Source: an uncultured Anaerolineaceae bacterium (lineage in GTDB: Bacteria > Chloroflexota > Anaerolineae > 4572-78). Taken from it: DNA of 42,733 nucleotides. The notes beneath the pieces were generated by a model. It was not told the DNA's origin, did no database searches, and worked only from the letters and a program-made list of their open reading frames with translations. Shown here piece after piece: positions 18,006 to 26,798 of this stretch (position 1 is the first letter of the stretch; the number at the start of each line of letters is the position of its first letter). The stretch is taken from the NCBI GenBank assembly GCA_964480075.1, contig CAYZQQ010000001.1, positions 1-42,733 on the forward strand, read 5' to 3'. A program made the position numbers and the translations under genes.

Positions 18006-18319
18006 TAGATTTGGTCGCGGGAGGGCTATATTCAGTTTTGTGGGAGGATGGATTTCAGGTGGTGAAAGTACTCGCGGTGGATTCGGACATCGTTCATTTG
18101 AAAATCTACCGCAACAAATTTGACTCCCGCCCCATAAATGTGGATAGTTCCATGTTGAAATGTGATATCAATATGAACGATTTGTCCGGCATTGGCATTG
18201 GACATTTACCGGTAGCGCGAGACGGGTTTTTGGAAGATGAGCCGATTTTCATCCAACAGGATGTCGTCACCCCGGAAGAGATGGACGCCGTAACCCGGTG
18301 GCGATATGAAGACCCATAG
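18002..18319 (+). CDS. Hypothetical protein (105 aa)
   Basis: The ATG at 18002 overlaps the SDR stop (ATGA), suggesting translational coupling. I recognise no family. Confidence 0.55.
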   Translation: MIDLVAGGLYSVLWEDGFQVVKVLAVDSDIVHLKIYRNKFDSRPINVDSSMLKCDINMNDLSGIGIGHLPVARDGFLEDEPIFIQQDVVTPEEMDAVTRWRYEDP

Positions 18320-18328
18320 GAGGTTTTT

Positions 18329-18619
18329 ATGTCACCCAGAACACCTTTGAGTGCGGCGGAACTTTCTGCGGCGCTGGAAAAACTCCCCGGCTGGACCATC
18401 GAAAACGGAAAATTGCACAACGTTTTTGTCTTTGAAGATTTCGTCGCCGCGTTTGGGTTTATGACGCGAGTCGCACTGGCGGCAGAAGCGATGGATCATC
18501 ACCCCGAATGGCACAACGTGTACAAAACCGTCACTGTAGATTTGGTGACGCATGACGCGGGCGCAATCACCCAGTTGGATGTGAATCTCGCGCTCACCAT
18601 GGAACGATACGCGGGATAG
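18329..18619 (+). CDS. 4a-hydroxytetrahydrobiopterin dehydratase (pterin-4-alpha-carbinolamine dehydratase)
   Basis: 96 aa; AMDHHPEWHNVYKTVTVDLVTHDAGAIT matches the PCD signature. SD is AGGAGG. Confidence 0.85.
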   Translation: MSPRTPLSAAELSAALEKLPGWTIENGKLHNVFVFEDFVAAFGFMTRVALAAEAMDHHPEWHNVYKTVTVDLVTHDAGAITQLDVNLALTMERYAG

Positions 18620-18741
18620 CCACTCACGTGAATAACTTTTCCACAACTAAATAACGATGGAGTGCTTCAAACTACCCCTGCCACAAGATTGAAATGATTG
18701 CGCAATAGTTTTGGGATTCACCCAGAACGAAAGGGGCTGGT

Positions 18742-19590
18742 ATGAGCAAAATTAGACAGTGGTGGTTCAATGATCTTTCCGTTGGCGTGAAGGGCGTTTT
18801 TCTGGTATTGATGGCGAATGCCGTTCCTGCCATCATCATTTTGATGACCCTGCCGCATATGACCGAGACGCTGTTTGTCTGGACCATCAAACCTGCAATC
18901 AATGCGCGGTTGATTGGGGTGATGTATGCCAACGCGCTGATATTAATCGCCATTGGGGTTTTTCAGACCAGTTGGGCGCGGGTTCGCGTGATTATGGTGG
19001 TCATCACCCTGTTTTCTATTCTGGCAACCCTGTTGACCTTTGTTTATTTGAAACCGTTTCTGGCGCACCCGTGGTTTCATCTGACCTATTGGCTGGGGAT
19101 GTATTTCATTCTATTTTTCGCCGCCCCGATTGTTTTTGTGACCCATGAAAAAAAGTACGGCGGGCGACTGCCCGTCACCGTTCCGCTGAACACAGCCTCC
19201 AGATTGCTGGCAGCGGTATTGTTGCTCGCCAACTTGATTATCAGTTTGGGGTTATTTTTCAGGATAGATTTCGTCAATCAACTGCTGCCGTGGACGCTTC
19301 CACCGCTGGTGGGAGGTCTCATCGGGGTGCTGTTCATCACCCATACAGCGGCATTCGGTTGGGCGCTGTGGGACGGCGACTGGCTGCGGACGCGCCCGAT
19401 TTTCTGGCAGGCTCCGTTGACCGCGCTGCTATTCCTGCTATTGCCGTTGCTCCATCCCAACGATTTAAACGCTGATTCAACCACCACCCTCGCCGTGTAT
19501 GTTATTTTGACCGGGCTGGTGGTTGTGTTCGGAGCGGGTGTTGTGTGGAGCTACCGCGCCACCGAAAGTATGCCGGTTTATGAACCATAA
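18742..19590 (+). CDS. Polytopic membrane protein, unknown function
   Basis: 282 aa with about 8 hydrophobic helices; SD AAAGGGG. Confidence 0.65.
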   Translation: MSKIRQWWFNDLSVGVKGVFLVLMANAVPAIIILMTLPHMTETLFVWTIKPAINARLIGVMYANALILIAIGVFQTSWARVRVIMVVITLFSILATLLTFVYLKPFLAHPWFHLTYWLGMYFILFFAAPIVFVTHEKKYGGRLPVTVPLNTASRLLAAVLLLANLIISLGLFFRIDFVNQLLPWTLPPLVGGLIGVLFITHTAAFGWALWDGDWLRTRPIFWQAPLTALLFLLLPLLHPNDLNADSTTTLAVYVILTGLVVVFGAGVVWSYRATESMPVYEP

Positions 19591-20275
19591 AAACGGGCGC
19601 ACGGCAATTCGGGTGGATGCGCTGGGGCTGTTTCTCGCCGGATTAATCAACACCTTTTTGGCGTTGTTTGTGGCGGGTGTCGTTCTTTCGCCGGGGTCGC
19701 GCGCCGGTCAATCCAACCTGATTTTACGCGCACAGTGGATTGCCGGGCACAGCCTGCGCTGGCAAAGTGGCTGGCTATTCTGGTTTGCCGTTACGCTCAG
19801 TTTCGCGTGGAGTTTTTATGCGCTGGGGCGGCATTTGAACGTTGATGTCCCGTGGACATCGCTTTCAATTGGGGTTGCCCTGATTGCCGCCGCCGTTGAT
19901 ATTGTCGGCGTGCTGGTGAATATGACCGTTCTGCCCGCACTCGCGCCGGCAGTTGTCGGCGCTTCTGCCGAAACAACCGCCGCGACGCAAGCCATATTTA
20001 ATTCGATGGAAAGTCTGGCAAACGCCTTGACCAACGTGGCGGCATTCGGGCTATATTCCGTGGCAGGGTTGCTCCTGCTCCCGGCGGGAATTGCCACACC
20101 CAACTATTCCCGTTGGCTGGTATGGCTGGGGAGCGCGGAATGGGGTGTGGCAACCATTGCCACGGTGCTGTTGATTGTTGTGCCGAATTGGGCGACAATC
20201 CCGTTATTGGTCAGTTTTGCGCTATATGCACCGTGGGTATGGCTCAGCGCGGTGTGGATTTTGCGTGGGGAATAG
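19580..20275 (+). CDS. Polytopic membrane protein, unknown function
   Basis: The ATG at 19580 overlaps the preceding gene by 11 nt. The protein has 231 aa and about 6 TM helices. Confidence 0.6.
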   Translation: MNHKNGRTAIRVDALGLFLAGLINTFLALFVAGVVLSPGSRAGQSNLILRAQWIAGHSLRWQSGWLFWFAVTLSFAWSFYALGRHLNVDVPWTSLSIGVALIAAAVDIVGVLVNMTVLPALAPAVVGASAETTAATQAIFNSMESLANALTNVAAFGLYSVAGLLLLPAGIATPNYSRWLVWLGSAEWGVATIATVLLIVVPNWATIPLLVSFALYAPWVWLSAVWILRGE

Positions 20276-20278
20276 TTA

Positions 20279-21286
20279 TCATGCCCGATTTTTGCGTAGC
20301 CACAGCACGCCGCCGGGCATACTGCCGACATATACCACCGCCTGTTTGATGAGCGACAGCGCGAAGGCGAGCGTTTGCGGCACACCCACCAGCCCGTAAA
20401 AATACACATACAGCAGCGAGCCGGTTCCCAGCCCGCCGATGCTGATGGGCACAATCAGCAACACAGCGATAATTGGGTTGAACAGAAAAATGTACAGTGG
20501 CGGAATACTGCCGTGCAACCCGGCAACAATGCTCAAATCGACCAGCCCGGTCAGCACCACCGTGCCGACCCCCACCGCGAACGCGGTCAGCAGGGCGGTA
20601 TATTCGTGGCGATATGCGCCAAACGCTTCGGACAGCCGTTCATAAATGGGGGCGGCAATCTTCAGCACGGGCAGGGTGAACAGTTTGCCAATCAGCCTCC
20701 GTAAACGGTGACTCAACATCACCAAAAATACCCCGGCGATGATGACCATCCCGCCAATGGCGAGCCATTCCACCTGCGTCAGGTTTTGCACCAGCGACGC
20801 ATCCGCACCGAGTAAACTTCCTCCGATGCCATTTCGCACGATATACACCGCCGCAAACGCCGCCACCACTGCGGTAAACATAAACGCCATCAGTCCGATG
20901 ATGCGGTCTACCACCACCGATACCGCCGCATCGGCGCTGTGTTCGGTGTGTTTTGCCACCCCGAATCCGCGCATAACATCCCCGCCAACGTTGGCGGGCA
21001 AAAAATTGTTGAAAAAGAATCCCACAAAGGTGTAGTTGACCAGCGATTTCAGTGGCACGAACACACCCTGCGCCCGCAACAGGATAAACCATTTCAGCGC
21101 GTTGGTAAAAATTGCCAGCACAAAAAATCCCACCCCAAGCAACAAATACCCGTAATTGGCAGTGGTCAGTGTGTCGAGCAGCAACGCTCGGTCGGCGGGG
21201 TCGGACAGAAATCGGTACAGCAGATATGCCATCAGCCCCACGCTGATGATAATTTTCAGCAGGGTTATCAGTTTGTCTTTCATCAT
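20279..21286 (-). CDS. Flippase-like membrane protein (lysylphosphatidylglycerol-synthase TM-region / UPF0104 family)
   Basis: 335 aa with 8 or more TM helices. Its start overlaps the GT2 stop (ATGA). Confidence 0.65.
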   Translation of the reverse strand: MMKDKLITLLKIIISVGLMAYLLYRFLSDPADRALLLDTLTTANYGYLLLGVGFFVLAIFTNALKWFILLRAQGVFVPLKSLVNYTFVGFFFNNFLPANVGGDVMRGFGVAKHTEHSADAAVSVVVDRIIGLMAFMFTAVVAAFAAVYIVRNGIGGSLLGADASLVQNLTQVEWLAIGGMVIIAGVFLVMLSHRLRRLIGKLFTLPVLKIAAPIYERLSEAFGAYRHEYTALLTAFAVGVGTVVLTGLVDLSIVAGLHGSIPPLYIFLFNPIIAVLLIVPISIGGLGTGSLLYVYFYGLVGVPQTLAFALSLIKQAVVYVGSMPGGVLWLRKNRA

Positions 21287-22239
21287 TCTTTTTTGGCAGG
21301 TAAATGCGGCGAGGTGATATTGATGCCTTTAGCATCCACCGGACGCTTGACCTCTTTGGTTGTCCAGGCGATGTCCCACACCACATGGGTTTTCTTTTTG
21401 ATGCGGTAATCGTACCAGCCCAAACCTCGCGAATAAACTTCAATCACCCCCAGTGCAAACAGCGTCCACACCAGTCTAACCGCGCCCCAAACTTCTTCCA
21501 GCGCAAGCTTCACGACCTTTCCCGAATCAAGACTGGAGACCTGATAGCCGTATTTGTCTTTTAGATAAAGATGCCCGGCATGGTTGCGGCGCCGTTGTTT
21601 GACAAAATCGCTGACCGTTTCCGGTCCCATATTGAACACCACTGCATCGGGGGCGTACCGCACCTGCAACCCCCGCCGAATGACCAGCGCTTCCACAAAG
21701 GCTTCATCCATTGCCACATCGGGCGGAATGGCATCGAACACTTTGCGGAAGGCAATCAGTTCGCCCAGCCGGGGAATTTCCAAACAAAGTTGGTGCTCCA
21801 GTTTCAGCCGCAGGTGCGACAGAAACCCCACCACATGGTCGGGGGTGTTGACGGGCACTTTGTGCGCGCCGGTCATACCTACCGCCGGGTCGGCGAACAT
21901 GCCCACCATATTTTCAATGGCATCTTCGTGCGGCACGGTATCGCCGCTTTCCAGCACACAGATATTTTGGGTGGCGTGTGCCAAAAACACGTTGATGGCG
22001 CTTGTTTTTCCTTCGCGCCGCTCTTGCACAAATAATTGAATGCGGTCATCCATTGCCATATATTCGCGCACAATGTCTTCGGTGCGGTCGGTGCAACCCG
22101 ATGCCACCACAATAATTTCGGTGATGTCCACCACAAACAATCGCTGGTTTAGCATGGCTTCCAGTATCTGTGCCATGTTTGCTTCTTCATTATGCGCCGT
22201 AATACCCACGCTGCATTTAATTTTGTCAATCAAATTCAT
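21283..22239 (-). CDS. Glycosyltransferase family 2
   Basis: The N-terminal SVGITAHNEEANM... and the DTV/ED motifs are typical of GT-A fold GT2 enzymes. Confidence 0.8.
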   Translation of the reverse strand: MNLIDKIKCSVGITAHNEEANMAQILEAMLNQRLFVVDITEIIVVASGCTDRTEDIVREYMAMDDRIQLFVQERREGKTSAINVFLAHATQNICVLESGDTVPHEDAIENMVGMFADPAVGMTGAHKVPVNTPDHVVGFLSHLRLKLEHQLCLEIPRLGELIAFRKVFDAIPPDVAMDEAFVEALVIRRGLQVRYAPDAVVFNMGPETVSDFVKQRRRNHAGHLYLKDKYGYQVSSLDSGKVVKLALEEVWGAVRLVWTLFALGVIEVYSRGLGWYDYRIKKKTHVVWDIAWTTKEVKRPVDAKGINITSPHLPAKKE

Positions 22240-22255
22240 TGACCGGACCTCACAG

Positions 22256-22621
22256 TCAATTGTCCATCAGACGAACAAACAGAAAGCTTAAAAAACTCCC
22301 CGCCGCCATACTCAAGCCAATCGTAAAATATTGCGACCAAAAATCACCGGGAGGGTTGAGTGACAGCAACACCGCCGGGATAATGGTTAATATGCCAATG
22401 CTGAATACCAAAAACACGCCACGCGGTGCAGTTAAATCAGAAAATTTATACCCAATAAATACCAACACAATCATTCCGAGTGTGGTTAATCCGGTTTGCA
22501 CACCCCATTGTTGCCACCCCAAAATATGGTTTTGCCAGTCCAGCACAGCGATAACCATCAGCAAAATCACATAAAAGATTATAACGGCACGCCAAGAAAA
22601 CTCAGCCCGATAAGAGTGCAT
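22256..22621 (-). CDS. Small membrane protein (121 aa)
   Basis: Four hydrophobic segments. GGAGG lies 6 nt before the ATG at 22621; the ORF-track start at 22636 is TTG. Confidence 0.55.
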   Translation of the reverse strand: MHSYRAEFSWRAVIIFYVILLMVIAVLDWQNHILGWQQWGVQTGLTTLGMIVLVFIGYKFSDLTAPRGVFLVFSIGILTIIPAVLLSLNPPGDFWSQYFTIGLSMAAGSFLSFLFVRLMDN

Positions 22622-22673
22622 AATTTCCTCCAACACAATACCCGTGAACTATTTGAATCGGATTGTACCACAG

Positions 22674-23813
22674 TCAATTCGCTTCTATCAAATCATGCAT
22701 GTGACGGGCAATATCGAATGCTGCCTCCGGACGTGCCAGCGAAGCCGCGTTGCGCGTCATTTTTTTCAATATAGGCGCATAATCGCCGAGCCAATCACGC
22801 ACGAGTTGTCCGATTTCCTGTGGGTCTTCCGCCAATACCCCGGCGTTTCGTTCCTGCACATACGTGACATTGCCCGTTTCCTGACCGGGAATGTATCCAT
22901 ACAGAATCAATGGCAAGCGGGCGATAAAGGCTTCGCTGATAGTGCCGGGTCCCGCTTTTGTTACCAAAATATCCGCCGCGCCCATCAGTTCCGACATGTT
23001 TTTCACAAAGCCAAAATTTTTGGTGGGAATTTCCCACGGTACTGCGTCAAGTTGTGCTTTGAGCGCTTTGTTTCGCCCGGCGACAACCATCAGTTGTGCC
23101 TGTGATGCCGTTTGGGCGATGGCGCGCGCAATTTTTAAGACGGGACCCATGCCCTCACCCCCACCGACAACCAGCACGGTTTTTCGAGCGGGGTCTAACG
23201 TCAAATGACGTTTGAGCGTGGTTTTATCAGCCGGGATGTGCGAAAAATTCAGCGCCACCGGTTGTCCGGTGACCACCACTTGCTCCGGGCGCATTCCCCA
23301 TTTGAGCGCCAGTTCGCGGGCAGGGGTGGTGGGCACGGTACACAGCGACACGCCGGGACAAATCCATGTGGGATGCACACTGACCATATCGGTAACCACC
23401 GTTATAAACGGCACATGCGACATCCCGGCTTTATCACGCAACCGAACACCCAAATGATTCATTAACGGATGGACGGACACAATCAAATCCGGCTCAATCT
23501 CCTGAAAAAATTCCACGATGCGATGGCGCACCACCGGCGATACACCCGGCAGCACCACTTTGTGCGGCAATGGTTGCATAGTGGTAGAAATTGTCCACAT
23601 CAATTTCCATAGTGGCATGCCGGGACCCGCCATCCACGGATATGTGTCGGGAATGCGGTTAACGGGCCACGGGGTGTGGGCTTTCCACAAATCTTCTATC
23701 CGCGTTTGATAAGTATCGGGGTACAATGAGTGGACGGCTTCAGCAATCGCTTCGGCAGCGGCACGGTGTCCTCCGCCGGTATCGGACATCAAAAAAAGAA
23801 TGCGTTTTTTCAT
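22674..23813 (-). CDS. Diacylglycerol glycosyltransferase (MGDG-synthase-like, GT28 family)
   Basis: MKKRILFLMSDTGGGHRAAAEAI... is the characteristic MGDG_synth N-terminus, and the C-terminal half is a GT-B fold. Confidence 0.8.
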   Translation of the reverse strand: MKKRILFLMSDTGGGHRAAAEAIAEAVHSLYPDTYQTRIEDLWKAHTPWPVNRIPDTYPWMAGPGMPLWKLMWTISTTMQPLPHKVVLPGVSPVVRHRIVEFFQEIEPDLIVSVHPLMNHLGVRLRDKAGMSHVPFITVVTDMVSVHPTWICPGVSLCTVPTTPARELALKWGMRPEQVVVTGQPVALNFSHIPADKTTLKRHLTLDPARKTVLVVGGGEGMGPVLKIARAIAQTASQAQLMVVAGRNKALKAQLDAVPWEIPTKNFGFVKNMSELMGAADILVTKAGPGTISEAFIARLPLILYGYIPGQETGNVTYVQERNAGVLAEDPQEIGQLVRDWLGDYAPILKKMTRNAASLARPEAAFDIARHMHDLIEAN

Positions 23814-23819
23814 AGCTGA

Positions 23820-24050
23820 TTATCCCTGCACAACCGGTGGATTTTCCGCGCCCCGTGAGACGAATTGTTTTACCTGCCGGGCGAATTTACTGCGAGGCAG
23901 AAAAACTTTTCGGCGGCACGTTTGGCACTGTATGCCGATGTCGGTCCCCAACCGCACCACCCGCCAGCAGTTACCGCCACATGGATGCGTTTTTCGCATG
24001 CGCACCACATCATCCAATCGAATGTCGGTCGGGTCAATCACCGGTTTCAC
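23820..24050 (-). CDS. DUF951 family protein
   Basis: [39 protein letters not shown]. The start is ambiguous: GTG at 24050, or GTG at 24041, which has better spacing from GGGAG. Confidence 0.7.
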   Translation of the reverse strand: MKPVIDPTDIRLDDVVRMRKTHPCGGNCWRVVRLGTDIGIQCQTCRRKVFLPRSKFARQVKQFVSRGAENPPVVQG

Positions 24051-24113
24051 TCCCTATGTTGATGGGCTCATTATAGCCAATGCGCGTTAAAAACGAAAAC
24101 CGAAGGGGCAAAA

Positions 24114-24142
24114 TGTGGATTTGCTCATGGCTGTGTTATAAT
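24114..24142 (+). promoter_or_regulatory. Candidate extended -10 promoter for the yggT::M50 operon
   Basis: TGTGGA, a 17-nt spacer ending in TGt, then a perfect TATAAT (24137-24142). Confidence 0.4.
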
Positions 24143-24197
24143 ACCGCCCAAATAAATTGCGCGGCTATCCGGTCGCCATCCACAATCGAGTAATTTT

Positions 24198-25073
24198 ATG
24201 ACCCTACTTTACACTATCTTTTTCTATCTGCTTGAAATACTGAAATGGCTTATTTTAGCGCGGGTACTCCTGTCATGGTTGCCGATGGCAGGCATCCAAA
24301 TTAGCCGCTTTTATCCGGCGGTACAATGGCTCTACCGCATTACCGACCCAATTTTGCTACCGTTGCGCCCCTTCAGCCGAATTGGGATGATGGATTTAAG
24401 TCCCATCATCGCCTATTTTGTGCTTGATTTTCTGCAAAATATTGTGCGCGGCGGCTCATCCATCAAACAAACCATTGCGCTGGCAGTGGTGCTGGTTATC
24501 GCTTTCAGCGTGCATGAATTTTCGCACGCGCTGGTGGCAACCCGGCTGGGCGACTCAACTGCCAAAAATGCGGGACGACTCACGCTTGACCCACGCCGCC
24601 ATTTGGATGTGCTCGGCAGCATTATGGTGCTGGCAGTCGGCTTCGGTTGGGCAAAACCCGTACCGGTGAATCCATACAATCTGCGCAACGGACCGAAAAC
24701 AGGCATGGCAATTGTCGCGGCAGCAGGCCCCCTATCGAATTTGTTACTGGCGCTGCTGGCGGCGGTGCCGGTAAAACTCGGCATCATCGAACCCTCCTTC
24801 TATTCAGCATTTTTGCCCAACCCCACCGAGTTGTTCAGTTATTTCATCTGGCTGAATGTGGTGCTGGTCTTTTTTAACTTGCTGCCCATCGCACCGCTTG
24901 ATGGCTTTAAAGTGCTGGCGGGATTTCTGCCGTATCCAACTTCACAGTCGTTTTTAAAGCTTGAGCCATTTGGACCGTTGATTTTATTGCTTTTGATATT
25001 TTTGGGCGGACCGCTGTTTACTCGCTTGATTATCACCCCGACAAATATGGTTGTGGGGTGGCTGGTCGGATAA
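24198..25073 (+). CDS. Fusion protein: YggT-family membrane domain (N-terminal, about 85 aa) plus site-2 protease family (peptidase M50) domain
   Basis: The N-terminus LARVLLSWLP...ITDPILLPLR is YggT-like. It is followed by HEFSHALVA (HExxH), GRLTLDPRRHLD and LLPIAPLDG, all in one uninterrupted frame. Confidence 0.8.
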   Translation: MTLLYTIFFYLLEILKWLILARVLLSWLPMAGIQISRFYPAVQWLYRITDPILLPLRPFSRIGMMDLSPIIAYFVLDFLQNIVRGGSSIKQTIALAVVLVIAFSVHEFSHALVATRLGDSTAKNAGRLTLDPRRHLDVLGSIMVLAVGFGWAKPVPVNPYNLRNGPKTGMAIVAAAGPLSNLLLALLAAVPVKLGIIEPSFYSAFLPNPTELFSYFIWLNVVLVFFNLLPIAPLDGFKVLAGFLPYPTSQSFLKLEPFGPLILLLLIFLGGPLFTRLIITPTNMVVGWLVG

Positions 25074-25612
25074 TGACCGCGGTGAGTCACGCCCGCTATC
25101 GGGCGGCGCAATTTTTTGGCGCACTGCACGCCACTATCTCCACCGATGACGCACGGCTGGTAGAATCGGTACTCGGACATACACCCGCCGCATTGACGCT
25201 CTTTCGGCAGATGAGCACGTCCGACCGGCGCCACGCCATCGCGGTGGCAAAAACCCTGCGAGCCGCCGGGCACACCGACCCGCTACTGTTGCAAGCGGCA
25301 CTACTGCACGATGTTGGCAAATCGTTGGGACAACCGCTCATCCATCGCGTGTTGGTGGTATTGTTGCATAAATATTGTCCCGCCGCGCTGACATGGCTGG
25401 CAGATGCTCCACTTGAGTGCGCCCGCTGGCGGCGTCCGTTCGTCATCCATACCCGCCATCCGCAAATGGGCGCAGTATGGGCAAAAGAAGCCGGCTGTTC
25501 GCCATTGGTGGTTCATCTCATCGCAATTCACCAACAGCTGCCGGCGACGCTCCCGGTTTCATCGGCAGAAAAACTGCATACCGCACTTTATGCAGCAGAT
25601 AACGAAAATTAA
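25073..25612 (+). CDS. HD domain-containing protein
   Basis: RRHAIAVAK...LLHDVGK. The ATG at 25073 overlaps the upstream stop (TAATG). Confidence 0.7.
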   Translation: MTAVSHARYRAAQFFGALHATISTDDARLVESVLGHTPAALTLFRQMSTSDRRHAIAVAKTLRAAGHTDPLLLQAALLHDVGKSLGQPLIHRVLVVLLHKYCPAALTWLADAPLECARWRRPFVIHTRHPQMGAVWAKEAGCSPLVVHLIAIHQQLPATLPVSSAEKLHTALYAADNEN

Positions 25613-25625
25613 CCGGCTCAGAGAA

Positions 25626-25669
25626 AATAGAACACCGATTGTACGGATAACACAGGTTTACGCAGATAT
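25626..25669. repeat. Solo left arm of the 'aatagaac...acacag' repeat family
   Basis: The 14-mer aatagaacaccgat is identical at 6096-6109 and 25626-25639. No matching right arm occurs downstream. Confidence 0.55.
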
Positions 25670-25789
25670 TAGACCTTTTGCAAAGGTCATTGTAGGTCAC
25701 GTTAAAACCGTGACCTATTGACAATCCGTCACGCTACAAGCGTGACCTACACATGTTTTACTCATTTAGCTACTTATGCAAGAGGTCTA
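25670..25789. mobile_element. 120-bp MITE-like element with 13-bp terminal inverted repeats and three internal hairpins
   Basis: The TIRs are tagaccttttgca (25670-25682) and tgcaagaggtcta (25777-25789), matching at 12 of 13 positions. The hairpins are at 25672-25688, 25693-25717 and 25728-25746. Confidence 0.6.
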
Positions 25790-25835
25790 TTTTTTAAAAA
25801 GTAACGCCTCATTCAGCTAAAATTAGGGAACCATT

Positions 25836-26798
25836 ATGAGCACCGTAAAAATTACCATTGTCGGCACCGGAGCTATCGGCACATCGTTGGGATTGGCGCT
25901 GAAACAAACCGCAGACCCGCCGCAATTGATTGCCCACGATAAAGACCCGCTGGCGGCAAAAACGGCAATAAAAATGGGGGCGTTCGATAAATCGGAATGG
26001 AATCTCATCAATGCCTGCGATACGGCTGATTTGATAATTTTGGCTATCCCCCCCGGCGAAGTTCGCGCCACATTGGAAGCCATCGCCGGAGAATTAAAGC
26101 CAGATGCGGTCATAACCGATACGTTGTCCACCAAAGACGAAATTCTGCAAATGGCAACCGAAATTCTGCCGCCAACGGTTCATTTTGTGGGCGGACATCC
26201 CATTGTTTTTCCGGGGGGGAGTGGCACGGAACACGCTCGCGCCGACCTGTTTCAGCAGGCGCTATATTGTCTCACCCCCGCGCCGAATGTTGTGCCGGCG
26301 GCAGTGAAACTTGTTGAAGATTTGGTATTGCTGGTGGGCGGCACACCGTTTTACATCAACCCGTTGGAACATGACGGGCTGGTCAGCGCGGTAAACGATT
26401 TGCCGCTGCTGCTGAGTGTGGCGCTGGTGAACAGCGTCAGTCAATCGCCGGCGTGGGCAGAAACGCGAAAATTAGCCGGAAACACATTCGCACAAATTTC
26501 CGCAGGAGCGGCATTGGATGCAAAAACGCTGTCCGCCACATTGCGTGCCAATCGCGGCAATTTGGCGCATCGCATTGATGACATTATCGCCACGTTGCAG
26601 CAAGCAAAATTGCTATTGGCAGATGACGATCCTGCGGCGTTCGCCGCGTTTGTGGCGCATGCCGCTTCCACCCGCGATGAATGGCTCTTCGATTTTGAGG
26701 GGAACAAATTGAGCAGCTTATACGAAAAACCCATCGAAACGGCAAAAAAGGAGAATATGTTCAAACAACTTTTGGAGTTCGGCAGACGGCGAAAATAG
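25836..26798 (+). CDS. tyrA: Prephenate/arogenate dehydrogenase
   Basis: ITIVGTGAIGTSLGLAL Rossmann motif, plus the HFVGGHPI and PLEHD motifs. Confidence 0.8.
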   Translation: MSTVKITIVGTGAIGTSLGLALKQTADPPQLIAHDKDPLAAKTAIKMGAFDKSEWNLINACDTADLIILAIPPGEVRATLEAIAGELKPDAVITDTLSTKDEILQMATEILPPTVHFVGGHPIVFPGGSGTEHARADLFQQALYCLTPAPNVVPAAVKLVEDLVLLVGGTPFYINPLEHDGLVSAVNDLPLLLSVALVNSVSQSPAWAETRKLAGNTFAQISAGAALDAKTLSATLRANRGNLAHRIDDIIATLQQAKLLLADDDPAAFAAFVAHAASTRDEWLFDFEGNKLSSLYEKPIETAKKENMFKQLLEFGRRRK

